Shown here: piece after piece, positions 20,521-30,363 of the stretch
Layout of the letters: each line of letters opens with the position of its first letter
Position numbering within the stretch: the stretch's first letter is position 1
Translations under genes and position numbers: made by a program
The notes under the pieces: model-generated
Seen by the model: only the letters and a program-made list of their open reading frames with translations
The model's database searches: none
Told to the model about the DNA's origin: nothing
Assembly: GCA_031459875.1 (NCBI GenBank)
Contig: JAVKHQ010000005.1
Span: 1 to 64,000, forward strand
Direction: 5' to 3'
Length of the DNA stretch: 64,000 nt
Origin: Candidatus Fervidifonticultor sextus
GTDB lineage: Bacteria > Sysuimicrobiota > Sysuimicrobiia > Sysuimicrobiales > Humicultoraceae

Positions 20521-22140
20521 ATGAGCAGGGTACGCGCGCGGGTGACCATCGCGGTCACTGCGCTCCTGATCGCCGGCCTGGTGCTGCCGGCCGGGGTCTG
20601 GGGCGGCCCGAGGTCGGAGCTGGTGGTGGTGTCGGGCATGTGGAGCCCGCCCAACAACTTCAGCCCGTTCAACACCGACAGCGCCTACGGCTACTACGCC
20701 GTGCGCTTCATGTTCCTGCCGCTGGTCGAGTCGCGGCTGGAGGAGAACCAGTTGAAGTTCTACCCGGCGCTGGCCAGCAAGTGGGAAGTCGGGGCAGACT
20801 TCCAGACATTCACGTTCACCATCCACCCCCGGGCCGCCTGGCACGACGGGAGGCCGGTCACTGCCGACGACGTCCTCTTCACCGTGATGACCATCAGTGA
20901 CCCCAGGGCCGAGACGAACCGCGGGAACGCCGTCGCGCTCCTCGCCGGCCTCGACGCGCGCGGGAAGCGGACCCCGGGCGCGCCGATCGGGTTCCGCATC
21001 CTCGGCCCCAAGCAGTTCGAGGTGAAGACAAGGACGCCGGTCGACCCCCAGGCCTTCCTGTACGAGTTCGGCTCGAACATGTATATCATCCCCCGGCACG
21101 TCCTGGGCGACGTGCCGCCCGACCAGCTGTCGCGGCACCCCTTCATGCAGAACCCGACCGTGGGCAACGGCCCGTACAAGTTCGTGCAGTACAAGACCGA
21201 CCAGTACGTGGAGCTGCTGGTCAACGAGCACTACCATCTGGGGGCGCCGAAGCTCCGCCGGCTGTTCGTGCGCATCATCCCGCCCACGGTCATGATGGCT
21301 CAGATCGAACGGGGCGACATGGACCTCACGGCCGGCGCCGGCATCGGGAGCATCCTGATCGACGACTGGGATCGGGTGAAGACCATCCCCCACGTGCGGG
21401 CCCTGTCCTTCCCGCTTCCCGGCTACCAGTTCGTGGTCTTCAACTTCCAGCGGCCCTACCTGGAGAAGCGCGTGCGGCGCGCGGTCGCCCACGCCATCAA
21501 CCGGCCGCTCATCATCAACCAGTTGCTGCGCGGCGAGGCGGCGCTGGCCGAAGGCCCGATCCCGCCGACCATGCCCTACTACAACAAGGACGTCAAGCCG
21601 TGGGCCTACGACCCGGCCCGCGCCCGGTCCCTCCTCCAGGAAGCGGGATGGGACGCCGGCCGCACGCTCCTGCTACGGGTGCCCACCGGCAACATCATCC
21701 GGGAGCGCTCGGCGGACATCATCCGGGAGAACCTGGTGGCCGTAGGCATCCGGGTGGAGATCCAGAAGACGGACTTCCCCACGCACCTGGCGGCGATCCG
21801 GGCTGGCAACTACGACCTGGCGCTGGTGGGCTGGTCCGGGAGTCCTGACCCGGACGTCTCCTCGCAGTTCCGCACGGGGGCCGTCTACAACTGGCTGGGG
21901 GCGATGTCGATCCCGTTGATGGACCAGCTCCTCGATGAGGGCAAGGCGACCCCCGATCCTGCGAAGCGCCGACAGATCTACAACCGCTTCCAGGAGGTCT
22001 TCGCCGACGAACTGCCCTACGTGGTCCTCTACTACGAGAACGCGCGCAACGTGATCGCCCGACGCATGAGCAACGTCCTCCACGACGTGTCCGGGTTCTA
22101 CCAGTTCCAGACGTACTCGTGGGTCGCGGCACCGCAGTAG
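20521..22140 (+). CDS. Family-5 ABC substrate-binding protein
   Basis: Signal peptide, WHDGRPVTADDV and GNGPY; strong GGAGGAGGAG RBS. Confidence 0.92.
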   Translation: MSRVRARVTIAVTALLIAGLVLPAGVWGGPRSELVVVSGMWSPPNNFSPFNTDSAYGYYAVRFMFLPLVESRLEENQLKFYPALASKWEVGADFQTFTFTIHPRAAWHDGRPVTADDVLFTVMTISDPRAETNRGNAVALLAGLDARGKRTPGAPIGFRILGPKQFEVKTRTPVDPQAFLYEFGSNMYIIPRHVLGDVPPDQLSRHPFMQNPTVGNGPYKFVQYKTDQYVELLVNEHYHLGAPKLRRLFVRIIPPTVMMAQIERGDMDLTAGAGIGSILIDDWDRVKTIPHVRALSFPLPGYQFVVFNFQRPYLEKRVRRAVAHAINRPLIINQLLRGEAALAEGPIPPTMPYYNKDVKPWAYDPARARSLLQEAGWDAGRTLLLRVPTGNIIRERSADIIRENLVAVGIRVEIQKTDFPTHLAAIRAGNYDLALVGWSGSPDPDVSSQFRTGAVYNWLGAMSIPLMDQLLDEGKATPDPAKRRQIYNRFQEVFADELPYVVLYYENARNVIARRMSNVLHDVSGFYQFQTYSWVAAPQ

Positions 22141-22147
22141 GGACCGC

Positions 22148-22179
22148 CGGGGCGGCGGCGCGGAGGCACCGCCGCCCCG
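22148..22179. terminator. GC-rich stem-loop after the SBP gene
   Basis: Perfect 11-bp stem cggggcggcgg/ccgccgccccg. Confidence 0.5.
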
Positions 22180-22216
22180 CTCCATCCCATCGGCCGTGTC
22201 CGCCGGGAGGTCTGCC

Positions 22217-23656
22217 GTGAGCCTCGTGATGGACGACCTTTACACCGCCCTGGACGCCCGGTTCGAGGCGCACCTGGATCGGGTGCGCACCTTCCTCCGC
22301 CAGCCCAGCATCAGTGGGGAGGGCACCGGCATGGCCGAGATGGCGGAGCTGGTGGCCGACAGCATCCGGGCCCTGGGCGGCGCGGCCGAGATCGTCTCCA
22401 CGCCCGGCTGGCCGGTGGTCTACGGGGCCATCGATGCGGGTCAGCCGAAGACGCTGCTCCTCTACGGCATGTACGACGTGCAGCCTGTGGAGGGTGAGGA
22501 GTGGATGGTCCCGCCGTTCGCTGCCGAGGTGGTGGACCTGCCCGAGTTCGGCCCCAGCATGGTGGCGCGCGGCGTCTACAACACCAAGGGACCGCTGGCG
22601 GGCCTGTTCAACGTGCTGGAGACCATCCAGGCTTTCTGCGGCAGGCTTCCCGTCAACGCCACCTTCGTCGTTGAGGGAGAGGAGGAACTGGGCAGCCGCC
22701 ACCTGCCCGGGTTCATCGAGGCCTATCGAGACCGGCTGGCCGCCGATGCCACCTACTTCCCCTTCTACTGTCAGGACCGGCACGGGAAGCCCAGACTCTG
22801 GCTGGGGGTCAAGGGGATCCAGTACTTCGAGGTGACCTGCCGGGGCGGTCCGTGGGGCGGGCCGCGGACCCGCGGCGTCCACGGGAGCAACGCCGTCTGG
22901 GTGGCGAACCCCATCTGGCGCCTGGTGCGGGCGCTGGCGACCATGATGGACGACGACGAACAGATTGCCATCGACGGCTTCTACGACGACGTGGCGCCCC
23001 CCAGCGCCGAGGACGAGGAACTCCTGGCGCGTCTCGCGCAGACCTTCGATCCCGCCACCGAACTGTGGATGTGGGACGCCGAGCGGTTCAAGTACGACCT
23101 GCAGAGCTCAGACCTGCTGCGCCGCTACCTCTATGACCCCACGCTGAACATCGACGGGATCTGGGGCGGCTACACCGGGCCGGGGACCAAGACGCTGCTG
23201 CCGCACGAAGTCCGGGTCAAGATGGACGTCCGTCTGGTCCCGAACATGGAGCCCGAGCGCGTCCGCGAGTGCATCCGGGCGCATCTGCGCCGCATCGGCC
23301 GCGACGACCTGGAGGTGCACTTCCACGAGGGCTATCCGCCGGCGAAGACCAGCGTGCGGGAGCCGGCGGTCCAGGCCTTGATCCGGTCGTGCCGGGCATT
23401 GGGCTTCGAGCCGGAGATCTGGCCGCACCTGGCCGGCTCGGCCCCCTTCTACCTGTTCAGACGGGTGCTGAACCAGCCCTTTGTGACAGGTGGCCTCGGC
23501 CACGGCGGGCGTCCCCACAGCCCCAACGAGTACGCCACGGTGGAGGGGATGCGGCTCTTCGAGCGATCCGTGGCCCGCTTCCTCTACGAATTTGCGGACG
23601 GAGGGGCTGAGGGGAAGCCGTCTTCGGTTCGAGGCGGGAGCGGGCGAGCCCTGTAG
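22217..23656 (+). CDS. M20/M25/M40-family metallopeptidase/deacylase
   Basis: YDVQP, ARG, EGEEELGS and HSPNE; two metal-ligand positions are atypical (YGMYD, YNTKG). Confidence 0.85.
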   Translation: MSLVMDDLYTALDARFEAHLDRVRTFLRQPSISGEGTGMAEMAELVADSIRALGGAAEIVSTPGWPVVYGAIDAGQPKTLLLYGMYDVQPVEGEEWMVPPFAAEVVDLPEFGPSMVARGVYNTKGPLAGLFNVLETIQAFCGRLPVNATFVVEGEEELGSRHLPGFIEAYRDRLAADATYFPFYCQDRHGKPRLWLGVKGIQYFEVTCRGGPWGGPRTRGVHGSNAVWVANPIWRLVRALATMMDDDEQIAIDGFYDDVAPPSAEDEELLARLAQTFDPATELWMWDAERFKYDLQSSDLLRRYLYDPTLNIDGIWGGYTGPGTKTLLPHEVRVKMDVRLVPNMEPERVRECIRAHLRRIGRDDLEVHFHEGYPPAKTSVREPAVQALIRSCRALGFEPEIWPHLAGSAPFYLFRRVLNQPFVTGGLGHGGRPHSPNEYATVEGMRLFERSVARFLYEFADGGAEGKPSSVRGGSGRAL

Positions 23657-23719
23657 AAGGATCCTGCAGACACGTCTGCGCGTGGCTAGACTGGTGGAGA
23701 GATCCTGGAGGTGTCGCGT

Positions 23720-24253
23720 ATGGACCTGACGGGCACGCGCGTGGCCGTCCTTGTCGAGGAGCTCTACGAGGACCTCGAACTCTGGTACCCGGCATTGCGC
23801 CTGCGCGAAGCGGGTGCCGAGGTGAAGATCGTCGGTCCCAAGGCCGGTGAGACATACAAGAGCAAGCACGGGTATCCCGCGAAGGCCGACGTGGGCATGG
23901 ACGAGGTCAGCGCCGTGGACTTCGACGCCCTGATCATCCCCGGCGGGTACGCGCCCGACCGGATGCGCCGGCACGCGGCGATGCTGGCCTTCGTCCGCGC
24001 CATGCACGAGGCGGGTCGGCCGATCGCGTTCATCTGCCACGCGGGCTGGGTGCCGATCTCGGCGGGCATCGTCCGCGGCCGCACGGTGACCAGCGTCTCG
24101 GCCATCAAGGACGACCTGATCAACGCCGGCGCCCGGTGGGTGGACCAGGAGGTCGTCGTGGACGGCAACTTCGTCACCTCGCGCACGCCGCCGGACCTGC
24201 CGGCGTTCTGTCGCGAACTCGTCACCCTGCTGGCGCGGGTCAGGGTCGGCTGA
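23720..24253 (+). CDS. PfpI/DJ-1 family protein (class I GATase-like)
   Basis: YEDLELWYP, IIPGG, ICHAG nucleophile and TSRTP.DL. Confidence 0.92.
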   Translation: MDLTGTRVAVLVEELYEDLELWYPALRLREAGAEVKIVGPKAGETYKSKHGYPAKADVGMDEVSAVDFDALIIPGGYAPDRMRRHAAMLAFVRAMHEAGRPIAFICHAGWVPISAGIVRGRTVTSVSAIKDDLINAGARWVDQEVVVDGNFVTSRTPPDLPAFCRELVTLLARVRVG

Positions 24254-24413
24254 GCCGGGCACGGCCGCGCCCACCGGCCGAGCACGCCGGGGCCATCGGG
24301 CGTACCTACGCATCCGCGCTGGGCCGGGACCATCGATGAAGGATCCGGCGGTGCCGACGGCTGGCAGGGCCGGGGAGGCCCTGAATCCCCACGCGTGCTG
24401 ACGGCCGTCGGGG

Positions 24414-24722
24414 TCAGTAGGCCGGCGGAGCGTAGATGTTGATGGTGACCAGGGGACCGGCTCCGGTGTTGCGGATCTCGTGGGCCTCGCCGGCCTCGAT
24501 GAGGAGCAGCGCACCCGGTCCCAGGGGCACGCTGCGACCGTCCACGGTGGCCTCTCCCGAGCCTGAAATCACATAGAGCCACTGGTCTGCGGCATCATGG
24601 ACGTTGTCGGCGCCGCCGGTGGACTGGCCCGGCCGGAGCACCATGGTGGCCGCCTGCGACCGGGGGGTGCCGGCGACCACGCGGAAGAAGCCCGACGGCC
24701 GTTGCGCGCGAACGAGTTTCAT
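24414..24722 (-). CDS. Cupin-domain protein
   Basis: H...DQWLYVISG.G and GEAHEIRNTG...IYAPPAY. Confidence 0.82.
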   Translation of the reverse strand: MKLVRAQRPSGFFRVVAGTPRSQAATMVLRPGQSTGGADNVHDAADQWLYVISGSGEATVDGRSVPLGPGALLLIEAGEAHEIRNTGAGPLVTINIYAPPAY

Positions 24723-25744
24723 ACCCACGCCCAGGCGCCGAGCCGGACCTGGCGCCACCGCGCATCGAAGCGCCACAGGCCGGCCTCCCGCGCGCAGGCG
24801 TAGGCTTCATCCATCTCCCTGCGGAACACCCGGCGGTTGATGTCCCGGAAGCGCTCCTTACTCCTGGCGCGCCAGGCAGGATTGTACTGGTCCATCACGT
24901 TAACGTAGGTGTCCCTGGAAAGACCGGCCAGGTAGCGCATGATCTCCCGCGTGTCGTCGAGCATCCCGGGCATGACCAGGTGGCGCACCAGGACCCCGCG
25001 CACCGCCAGGCCATCCTCATTGACCTTGAGTTCGCCCACCTGCTCGTGCATGGCCCGGATCACCTCCCGGGCGGCGTCCGGATAGTCCGGCGCCAGCAGG
25101 TAGCGGCGGCTGCGCTCCCGGTCCCACAACTTGAAGTCCGGCATGTAGACGTCCACCACGCCGTCCATGAGCCGGATGCTGTGGAGGCTGTCGTAGGCAC
25201 TGGTGTTGTAGACCAGCGGCAGGCGCAGCCCGCCCTCGACGGCGATCAGCAGCGCCTCCAGGATCTGGGCTACAATGTGCTCGGGGGTCACGAAGTTGAT
25301 GTTGTGGCAGCCCTCGCCCTGGAGCTGCAGCATCATCCGTGCCAGGTCGTGGGGGGTGACCTCGATCCCTTCGCCGATCTGGCTGGTCTCGAAGTTCTGG
25401 CAGAACACACACCTCAGGTTGCACCACGAGAAGAAGATCGTCCCCGAGCCCCGCCATCCCCGCAGGACGTCCTCTTCGCCGAAGTGGTGGAAGAACGAGG
25501 ACACGCGCGCGTAGCGGCCCACCTTGCAGACCGCGAACTTGTTCTCCAGGCGATTCACCCGGCAGTCGCGCGGGCAGAGGGTGCAGGACCGCAGCGCCTC
25601 CAGCGCTTCGTCCACCTTCTCCTTGAGCCGGCCCTCTTCGTACGTCTTCAGATAGGCGGGCACGAAGTCGCGGGACGGGATGACGAACCGGCCGTTCCCG
25701 TGCACCTCGATGGGGATCGCGCGGCTGGCCAGCAGCATAGCCAT
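24719..25744 (-). CDS. PflX-like radical SAM protein
   Basis: CNLRCVFCQN motif, N-terminal CTLCPRDC, HFGEE, NINFVTP and VRHLVMPG. Confidence 0.88.
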   Translation of the reverse strand: MAMLLASRAIPIEVHGNGRFVIPSRDFVPAYLKTYEEGRLKEKVDEALEALRSCTLCPRDCRVNRLENKFAVCKVGRYARVSSFFHHFGEEDVLRGWRGSGTIFFSWCNLRCVFCQNFETSQIGEGIEVTPHDLARMMLQLQGEGCHNINFVTPEHIVAQILEALLIAVEGGLRLPLVYNTSAYDSLHSIRLMDGVVDVYMPDFKLWDRERSRRYLLAPDYPDAAREVIRAMHEQVGELKVNEDGLAVRGVLVRHLVMPGMLDDTREIMRYLAGLSRDTYVNVMDQYNPAWRARSKERFRDINRRVFRREMDEAYACAREAGLWRFDARWRQVRLGAWAWV

Positions 25745-26185
25745 CGGCCTCCGGGTCCAAGGGGTCGGGCCGCCTCTATCCGAAGGTATACCGCTCCGGG
25801 CGTCCCGGTTCAACGGCGGGCAGGGAGATCACCGCACGGGCTGGCCTGTTGTGGCACACTCTGAGTGCATGAGGGACCCCGGGCCCAGCGGGAAGGCCTC
25901 GTGATGCGCACCGCCGACGGGGGCCACCTGGACGAAGCTACCGTTCGGCACCGTCCGCACGCACGTGGTCTGGACCGACCGTCGCGACAAGACCTCCTGC
26001 CTCGACATCTTCGACCCGGAGGACGACGCCCAGTCCGAGGCAATTCCCCGGTGCGCCGTCGCCCAAGTTCGGCGGCAGTACTATCCAATACGTCCGGTCA
26101 CTGGCGAGGAGCGGGGAACCACCCAGGACACCAGGGACACCTCCAGCGTGCGGCGAAATTTGCACGCCAGCCGGGAGGTGGCGCC

Positions 26186-26890
26186 ATGCGGCTCTGCTAC
26201 CTGGGCGGCGAGGAACGCCGCCGCTATCTTCAGGAGGCGGCCAGCCCTGGGGTGGTCGTCGAGCGGCTGGCGGACTTCACCCCGTCGGTTGGCCGGCCCG
26301 AGACCATTGAGTCGCTCTACGATGAGGCCCTCCTGGCCCCGTGGACCGTGGAGATGGCCGTTGAGGCCGAGCGGCGGGGCTACGACGCCGTGATCACCGG
26401 ATGCGCGGGTGACCCGGGCGTGGAGGCCGCCCGCGAGATGGTCGGAATCCCGGTGATCGGCCCGGGCCAGGCGGCGCTGCATACCGCGGCCATGCTGGGC
26501 ACTATGTTCGGCGTCCTCACGCCTCTGGAGAGCATGTTGCGGCCAGCCCGTGCGCTGGTGCGCCACTACGGGCTTGCCGAGCGGTGCGCCGGTATCCGCC
26601 CGGTGGGCTGCTCGGTAGCGGCGCTGCGCGAGGGCCGCGAGGAGACCTTCGAAGCCGCGCTCCGCGTGGCGCACCGCTGCCTCGACACCGACGGCGCCGA
26701 CGTGCTGGTGCTGCTGTGCGCCAGCCTCAGCCACACCTTGGGCGACCGGCTGGCCGGCGCGCTCCCGGTGCCCGTGGTCAACGTGTTGCGGACGTCGGTG
26801 CGGGTGGCCGAGCTGCTGGTCGGATCGCGGTTGACCCACTCTAAGATTGCCTACCCCACGCCGCCCGCGCGGCACGCTGTGGTGACCTAG
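26186..26890 (+). CDS. Asp/Glu/hydantoin racemase family protein
   Basis: Two catalytic Cys contexts, GCAGDPG and VLLCAS; GGAGG RBS before ATG 26186. Confidence 0.85.
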   Translation: MRLCYLGGEERRRYLQEAASPGVVVERLADFTPSVGRPETIESLYDEALLAPWTVEMAVEAERRGYDAVITGCAGDPGVEAAREMVGIPVIGPGQAALHTAAMLGTMFGVLTPLESMLRPARALVRHYGLAERCAGIRPVGCSVAALREGREETFEAALRVAHRCLDTDGADVLVLLCASLSHTLGDRLAGALPVPVVNVLRTSVRVAELLVGSRLTHSKIAYPTPPARHAVVT

Positions 26891-26899
26891 TCCGAGTCG

Positions 26900-28666
26900 G
26901 TGCAAGTGGAACCGGACGTCCTGGACACCATCGACGCACAGCGCATGTGGCGCGATCTGGAGGCGCTGTGCCGCCTGGACCGGACCTCGGGCTCCTACGG
27001 CGAGCGCCGGGCCATGGAATACATCGCGGCGCGCCTCCGCGATGCGGGCGTCGACGTGGACGTGTATGAGTTCGACGCCTACCTGAGCTACCCCATCGCC
27101 GGCGGCATCACTGTCGTCTCCGGCGAGGGGCTTCCTCCGACAATCGCCGCCCGAACCCGCGCCTTTTCGGCCAACACGCCGCCGGAGGGGACCAGCGGCG
27201 AGGTGGTCTACGTGCCCGGCGGCCACGACATCTTCCGCGACACCGAGACCCACCGGCGGTTGGAGGCGGCCGCCATCGCCGGCAAGATCGTGTTGTCTGA
27301 GGCCGGCAGCCGGCGCAACATGCAGGCGGCGCAGGCGCACGGCGCGGTGGCCTACATCCACATGTGGCCCAGCGATGAGGACGCCATCCACGAGGGGATC
27401 GTCTCACCGGTGTGGGGGGCGCCGACGCCCCAGACCGCCGCAGCCTTCCCCCGCATCCCGATCGTAAGTGTTACCAGGGCCAACGGCGAAGCGATTCGGG
27501 CGGCGCTCCATCGAAGCCCTGTCCGGGTCACGGTGCACAGCCGCACGGACACGGGGTGGCGCTCGGTGGTGCTGCCCGTGGCGTCGATTCCGGGCCGGAC
27601 GCCGGACTACATCCTCTTTTCAGGCCATGTGGACTCGTGGTACCTGGGCGCGACCGACAATGCCACGGGTAATGTGGTGGCCATGGAGGTGGCCCGGGTC
27701 CTGCACAGGCACCGTCAGCACCTGCTCCGGGGGGTCCACTTCGGGTTCTGGCCCGGACACTCCACCGGCCGTTATGCCGGTTCGTCATGGTACGCCGACC
27801 GGCACTGGCAGGATCTCTATGATCACTGTGTGCTACACATCAACTGCGACTCGCCAGGGGTGCAGGGCGCCACCGAGTACGATCCCGTCACGGCCAGCGC
27901 CGAGGCCTCGGCGTTCGCGATGGACCTCGTTCGAGAACTGACCGGGCAGGCCGTGGGGTGGGAGCGACCCGTGCGGGCCGGTGACCAATCCTTCTGGGGC
28001 GCGGGTGTGCCGTCGCTGTTTATGGGGCTCTCCATGCGCCCCACAGGACAGCGCTGGGCCGTAGGCGGGTCGGGCCTCGCCTGGTGGTGGCACACCGAAG
28101 CGGACACGATCGATAAGGTGGACCCAGCGGTGCTGCTCCTCGATACGCGCATCTACCTGGCGGCGACCTATCGTATGGCCACGCTGTCCGTGCTGCCGTT
28201 ACGGCTCACCGCGGCGGTTGCCGAGCTCGAGGAAGCGGTCGCCGCCCTCGACCGCGACGCGGCCGGCCGGTTCGACCTGGAGCCGGTGCGGGCAGCGCTG
28301 CGGAGGGTGGCAGCAGCCGCCGACGCCTTCGACGCCGTGGCGGACGGACTGCGGCGCGACGCCGGGGACGAGACGGCGCAGCAGCGGCGTCTGGCTGTGG
28401 TCAACGGGGCGCAGCGGCGCGCCGTTCGCGAATTGGTCCAGGCCGCCTACGTGGCCGAGAGCGTCTGGGACCACGATCCGGCGGTCCCGCAGCAGCCGCT
28501 CCCGGCCCTGCAGGAGGCCCGAGAGCTCGCGTATCTCGCCGCAGAAACGCACCACGCGCGGATGCTGCACGTGCGCCTGGCGAGGCAACGCAACCGTGTG
28601 GTCTGGAACCTCACCCGCGCCGCCGAGGCTCTGGAGGCGGCAATGGCGGAGCTGGCAGTGCAGTGA
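26900..28666 (+). CDS. PA-domain M28-fold hydrolase (atypical active site)
   Basis: SGHVDSW..GATDNATG, INCDS and WWWHT..DT.DK; WPGHS replaces the usual W..EE. Confidence 0.8.
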   Translation: MQVEPDVLDTIDAQRMWRDLEALCRLDRTSGSYGERRAMEYIAARLRDAGVDVDVYEFDAYLSYPIAGGITVVSGEGLPPTIAARTRAFSANTPPEGTSGEVVYVPGGHDIFRDTETHRRLEAAAIAGKIVLSEAGSRRNMQAAQAHGAVAYIHMWPSDEDAIHEGIVSPVWGAPTPQTAAAFPRIPIVSVTRANGEAIRAALHRSPVRVTVHSRTDTGWRSVVLPVASIPGRTPDYILFSGHVDSWYLGATDNATGNVVAMEVARVLHRHRQHLLRGVHFGFWPGHSTGRYAGSSWYADRHWQDLYDHCVLHINCDSPGVQGATEYDPVTASAEASAFAMDLVRELTGQAVGWERPVRAGDQSFWGAGVPSLFMGLSMRPTGQRWAVGGSGLAWWWHTEADTIDKVDPAVLLLDTRIYLAATYRMATLSVLPLRLTAAVAELEEAVAALDRDAAGRFDLEPVRAALRRVAAAADAFDAVADGLRRDAGDETAQQRRLAVVNGAQRRAVRELVQAAYVAESVWDHDPAVPQQPLPALQEARELAYLAAETHHARMLHVRLARQRNRVVWNLTRAAEALEAAMAELAVQ

Positions 28667-28689
28667 CCCCACGCAGGGAGGAGTGGATT

Positions 28690-30291
28690 ATGCTGGAGCA
28701 TGTGGCAAAGGTGGCGGCTCGGGCCGCCACGGTGCTGGGCCTGGCGCTAGTCCTGGCAGCAACTGCCGGCCCGGTGCAGCAGGCCGCCGCGCAGGCCGCG
28801 GCCAACACCTTCTCGCTGCCCATCATTGACAACGCCCGGATGTGGCCCATCGTGGGCGGGCTGCCTAATATCCTGGTCAACAAGGTGCTCTACAGCACCC
28901 TCGTCAAGTACGACGCCAAGAACCTGGCGCCCGTCGGGGACCTGGCCGAGCGATGGACGCTGGCGGACGACAGGCTCACCTGGACGTTTGCGCTGCGCCG
29001 CAACGTGACCTGGCACGACGGCCGGCCGTTTACCGCCCGCGACGTCAAGTTCACCATCGAGCGCCTCTGGCTCAACCCGCAGGTGGCCTTCTTCCAGCGG
29101 GGCAATGTAGCGGAGATCAGCCGGGTGGAGGTCGTCGACGACTACACGGTGCGCATCGTCACCCGGACGCCCTTCGCCACGCTCCCGGTCATGCTGGGCT
29201 ACCTGGCCAACATCCTGCCCGAGCACATCCTGGGGACGTACACGCCCGACCAGCTCCGCAACCCCGTGGACTTCCTCAGGAACCCCATCGGGACTGGACC
29301 GTTCCGGTACGCCGAGTCGGTGCTGGGCTCCCACGTCCGATTGGTAGCCTATGACCGCTACTTCCTGGGACGCCCGAAGCTGGACGCCATCGTCTTCCGC
29401 GTGGTGGCCGATCTCGAACAGCAACTGGCGCAGCTCCAGACCGGGCAACTCGACCTGATGATTATCGAGCCCCCGCAGGTAGCCGTGGTCCAGCGCATGC
29501 CCCACGTGCAGATCATTGACGCGCCCCAGGTGAACTACACCTTCGTCGGGTTCAACAACAAGGTGGAACCGTTCACCGACCGCAAGGTGCGCCAGGCCCT
29601 CACCCACGCTGTAGATCGGAAGGCCATCCTGGACAAGATCTACCTGGGGAAGGGCCGGATCGCCACCGGCCCCATCAATCCCCTGCTCGACTGGGCCTAC
29701 ACCGACAAGGTCCACCAGTTTCCCTACAATCCCGAGCTGGCACACAAGCTCCTGGAAGAGGCCGGCTGGAGCAAGGGTCCGGACGGCATCCGCCGCAAGG
29801 CCGGCCAGCCTCTGAAGATCACCCTGGACGTGGACCGGGGCAACCCGGTGCGGGAGCAGACTGCCGTGGTTGTGCGGCAGTACTGGCGAGACGTGGGCGT
29901 GGATGCCGATGTCCGGATCAGCGAGTTCAACGCCCTGCTGGCGCGGATCCGCACGCGGCCGAACCCGCTGCAGGCCTGGACGCTGTGGTACATCACCCCG
30001 CCCGATCCCGACGTCATGGGATACTATCACTCCACCGGAACGCTGAACGAGTTCGGCTACGCCAACCCCGAGCTGGATCACCTGCTCGAGCAAGGGCGCG
30101 CGACCTTCGATGTGAAGGCCCGGGCGAAGATCTACCACCAGGCCCAGAAGTTCATGGCCTGGGATGCGCCGGTCATCTTCCTCGTCTATCCGGCGGAGAT
30201 CCAGGCGCTCAACAGGCGGGTCCGCGGGTGGGCGCCGATCGGGTACCGCGATGCACTGACCCACATGACCGGCGTGTCGATCGGCCGCTAG
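28690..30291 (+). CDS. Family-5 ABC substrate-binding protein
   Basis: Signal peptide, GDLAERW, WHDGRPFTARDVKFT and IGTGPF. Confidence 0.92.
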   Translation: MLEHVAKVAARAATVLGLALVLAATAGPVQQAAAQAAANTFSLPIIDNARMWPIVGGLPNILVNKVLYSTLVKYDAKNLAPVGDLAERWTLADDRLTWTFALRRNVTWHDGRPFTARDVKFTIERLWLNPQVAFFQRGNVAEISRVEVVDDYTVRIVTRTPFATLPVMLGYLANILPEHILGTYTPDQLRNPVDFLRNPIGTGPFRYAESVLGSHVRLVAYDRYFLGRPKLDAIVFRVVADLEQQLAQLQTGQLDLMIIEPPQVAVVQRMPHVQIIDAPQVNYTFVGFNNKVEPFTDRKVRQALTHAVDRKAILDKIYLGKGRIATGPINPLLDWAYTDKVHQFPYNPELAHKLLEEAGWSKGPDGIRRKAGQPLKITLDVDRGNPVREQTAVVVRQYWRDVGVDADVRISEFNALLARIRTRPNPLQAWTLWYITPPDPDVMGYYHSTGTLNEFGYANPELDHLLEQGRATFDVKARAKIYHQAQKFMAWDAPVIFLVYPAEIQALNRRVRGWAPIGYRDALTHMTGVSIGR

Positions 30292-30321
30292 GCGGCCGCG
30301 ACCACGGAGGGAGAGATCGCC

Positions 30322-30356
30322 GGCGAGGGAGCGGCCCCGGGTGCCGCTCCCTCGCC
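30322..30356. terminator. Stem-loop between the SBP and permease genes
   Basis: Perfect 14-bp stem ggcgagggagcggc/gccgctccctcgcc. Confidence 0.55.
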
Positions 30357-30363
30357 ACGCGCC

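Noticed and set aside
24719..25744. RiPP-modifying radical SAM cluster
   Set aside because: PflX-like features, no SPASM or RRE domain, and no credible precursor peptide
25869..26393. Selenoprotein via the in-frame TGA (MRDPGPSGKAS-U-C...)
   Set aside because: No recognisable redox fold or SECIS, no RBS, and it would overlap the racemase gene by about 200 bp
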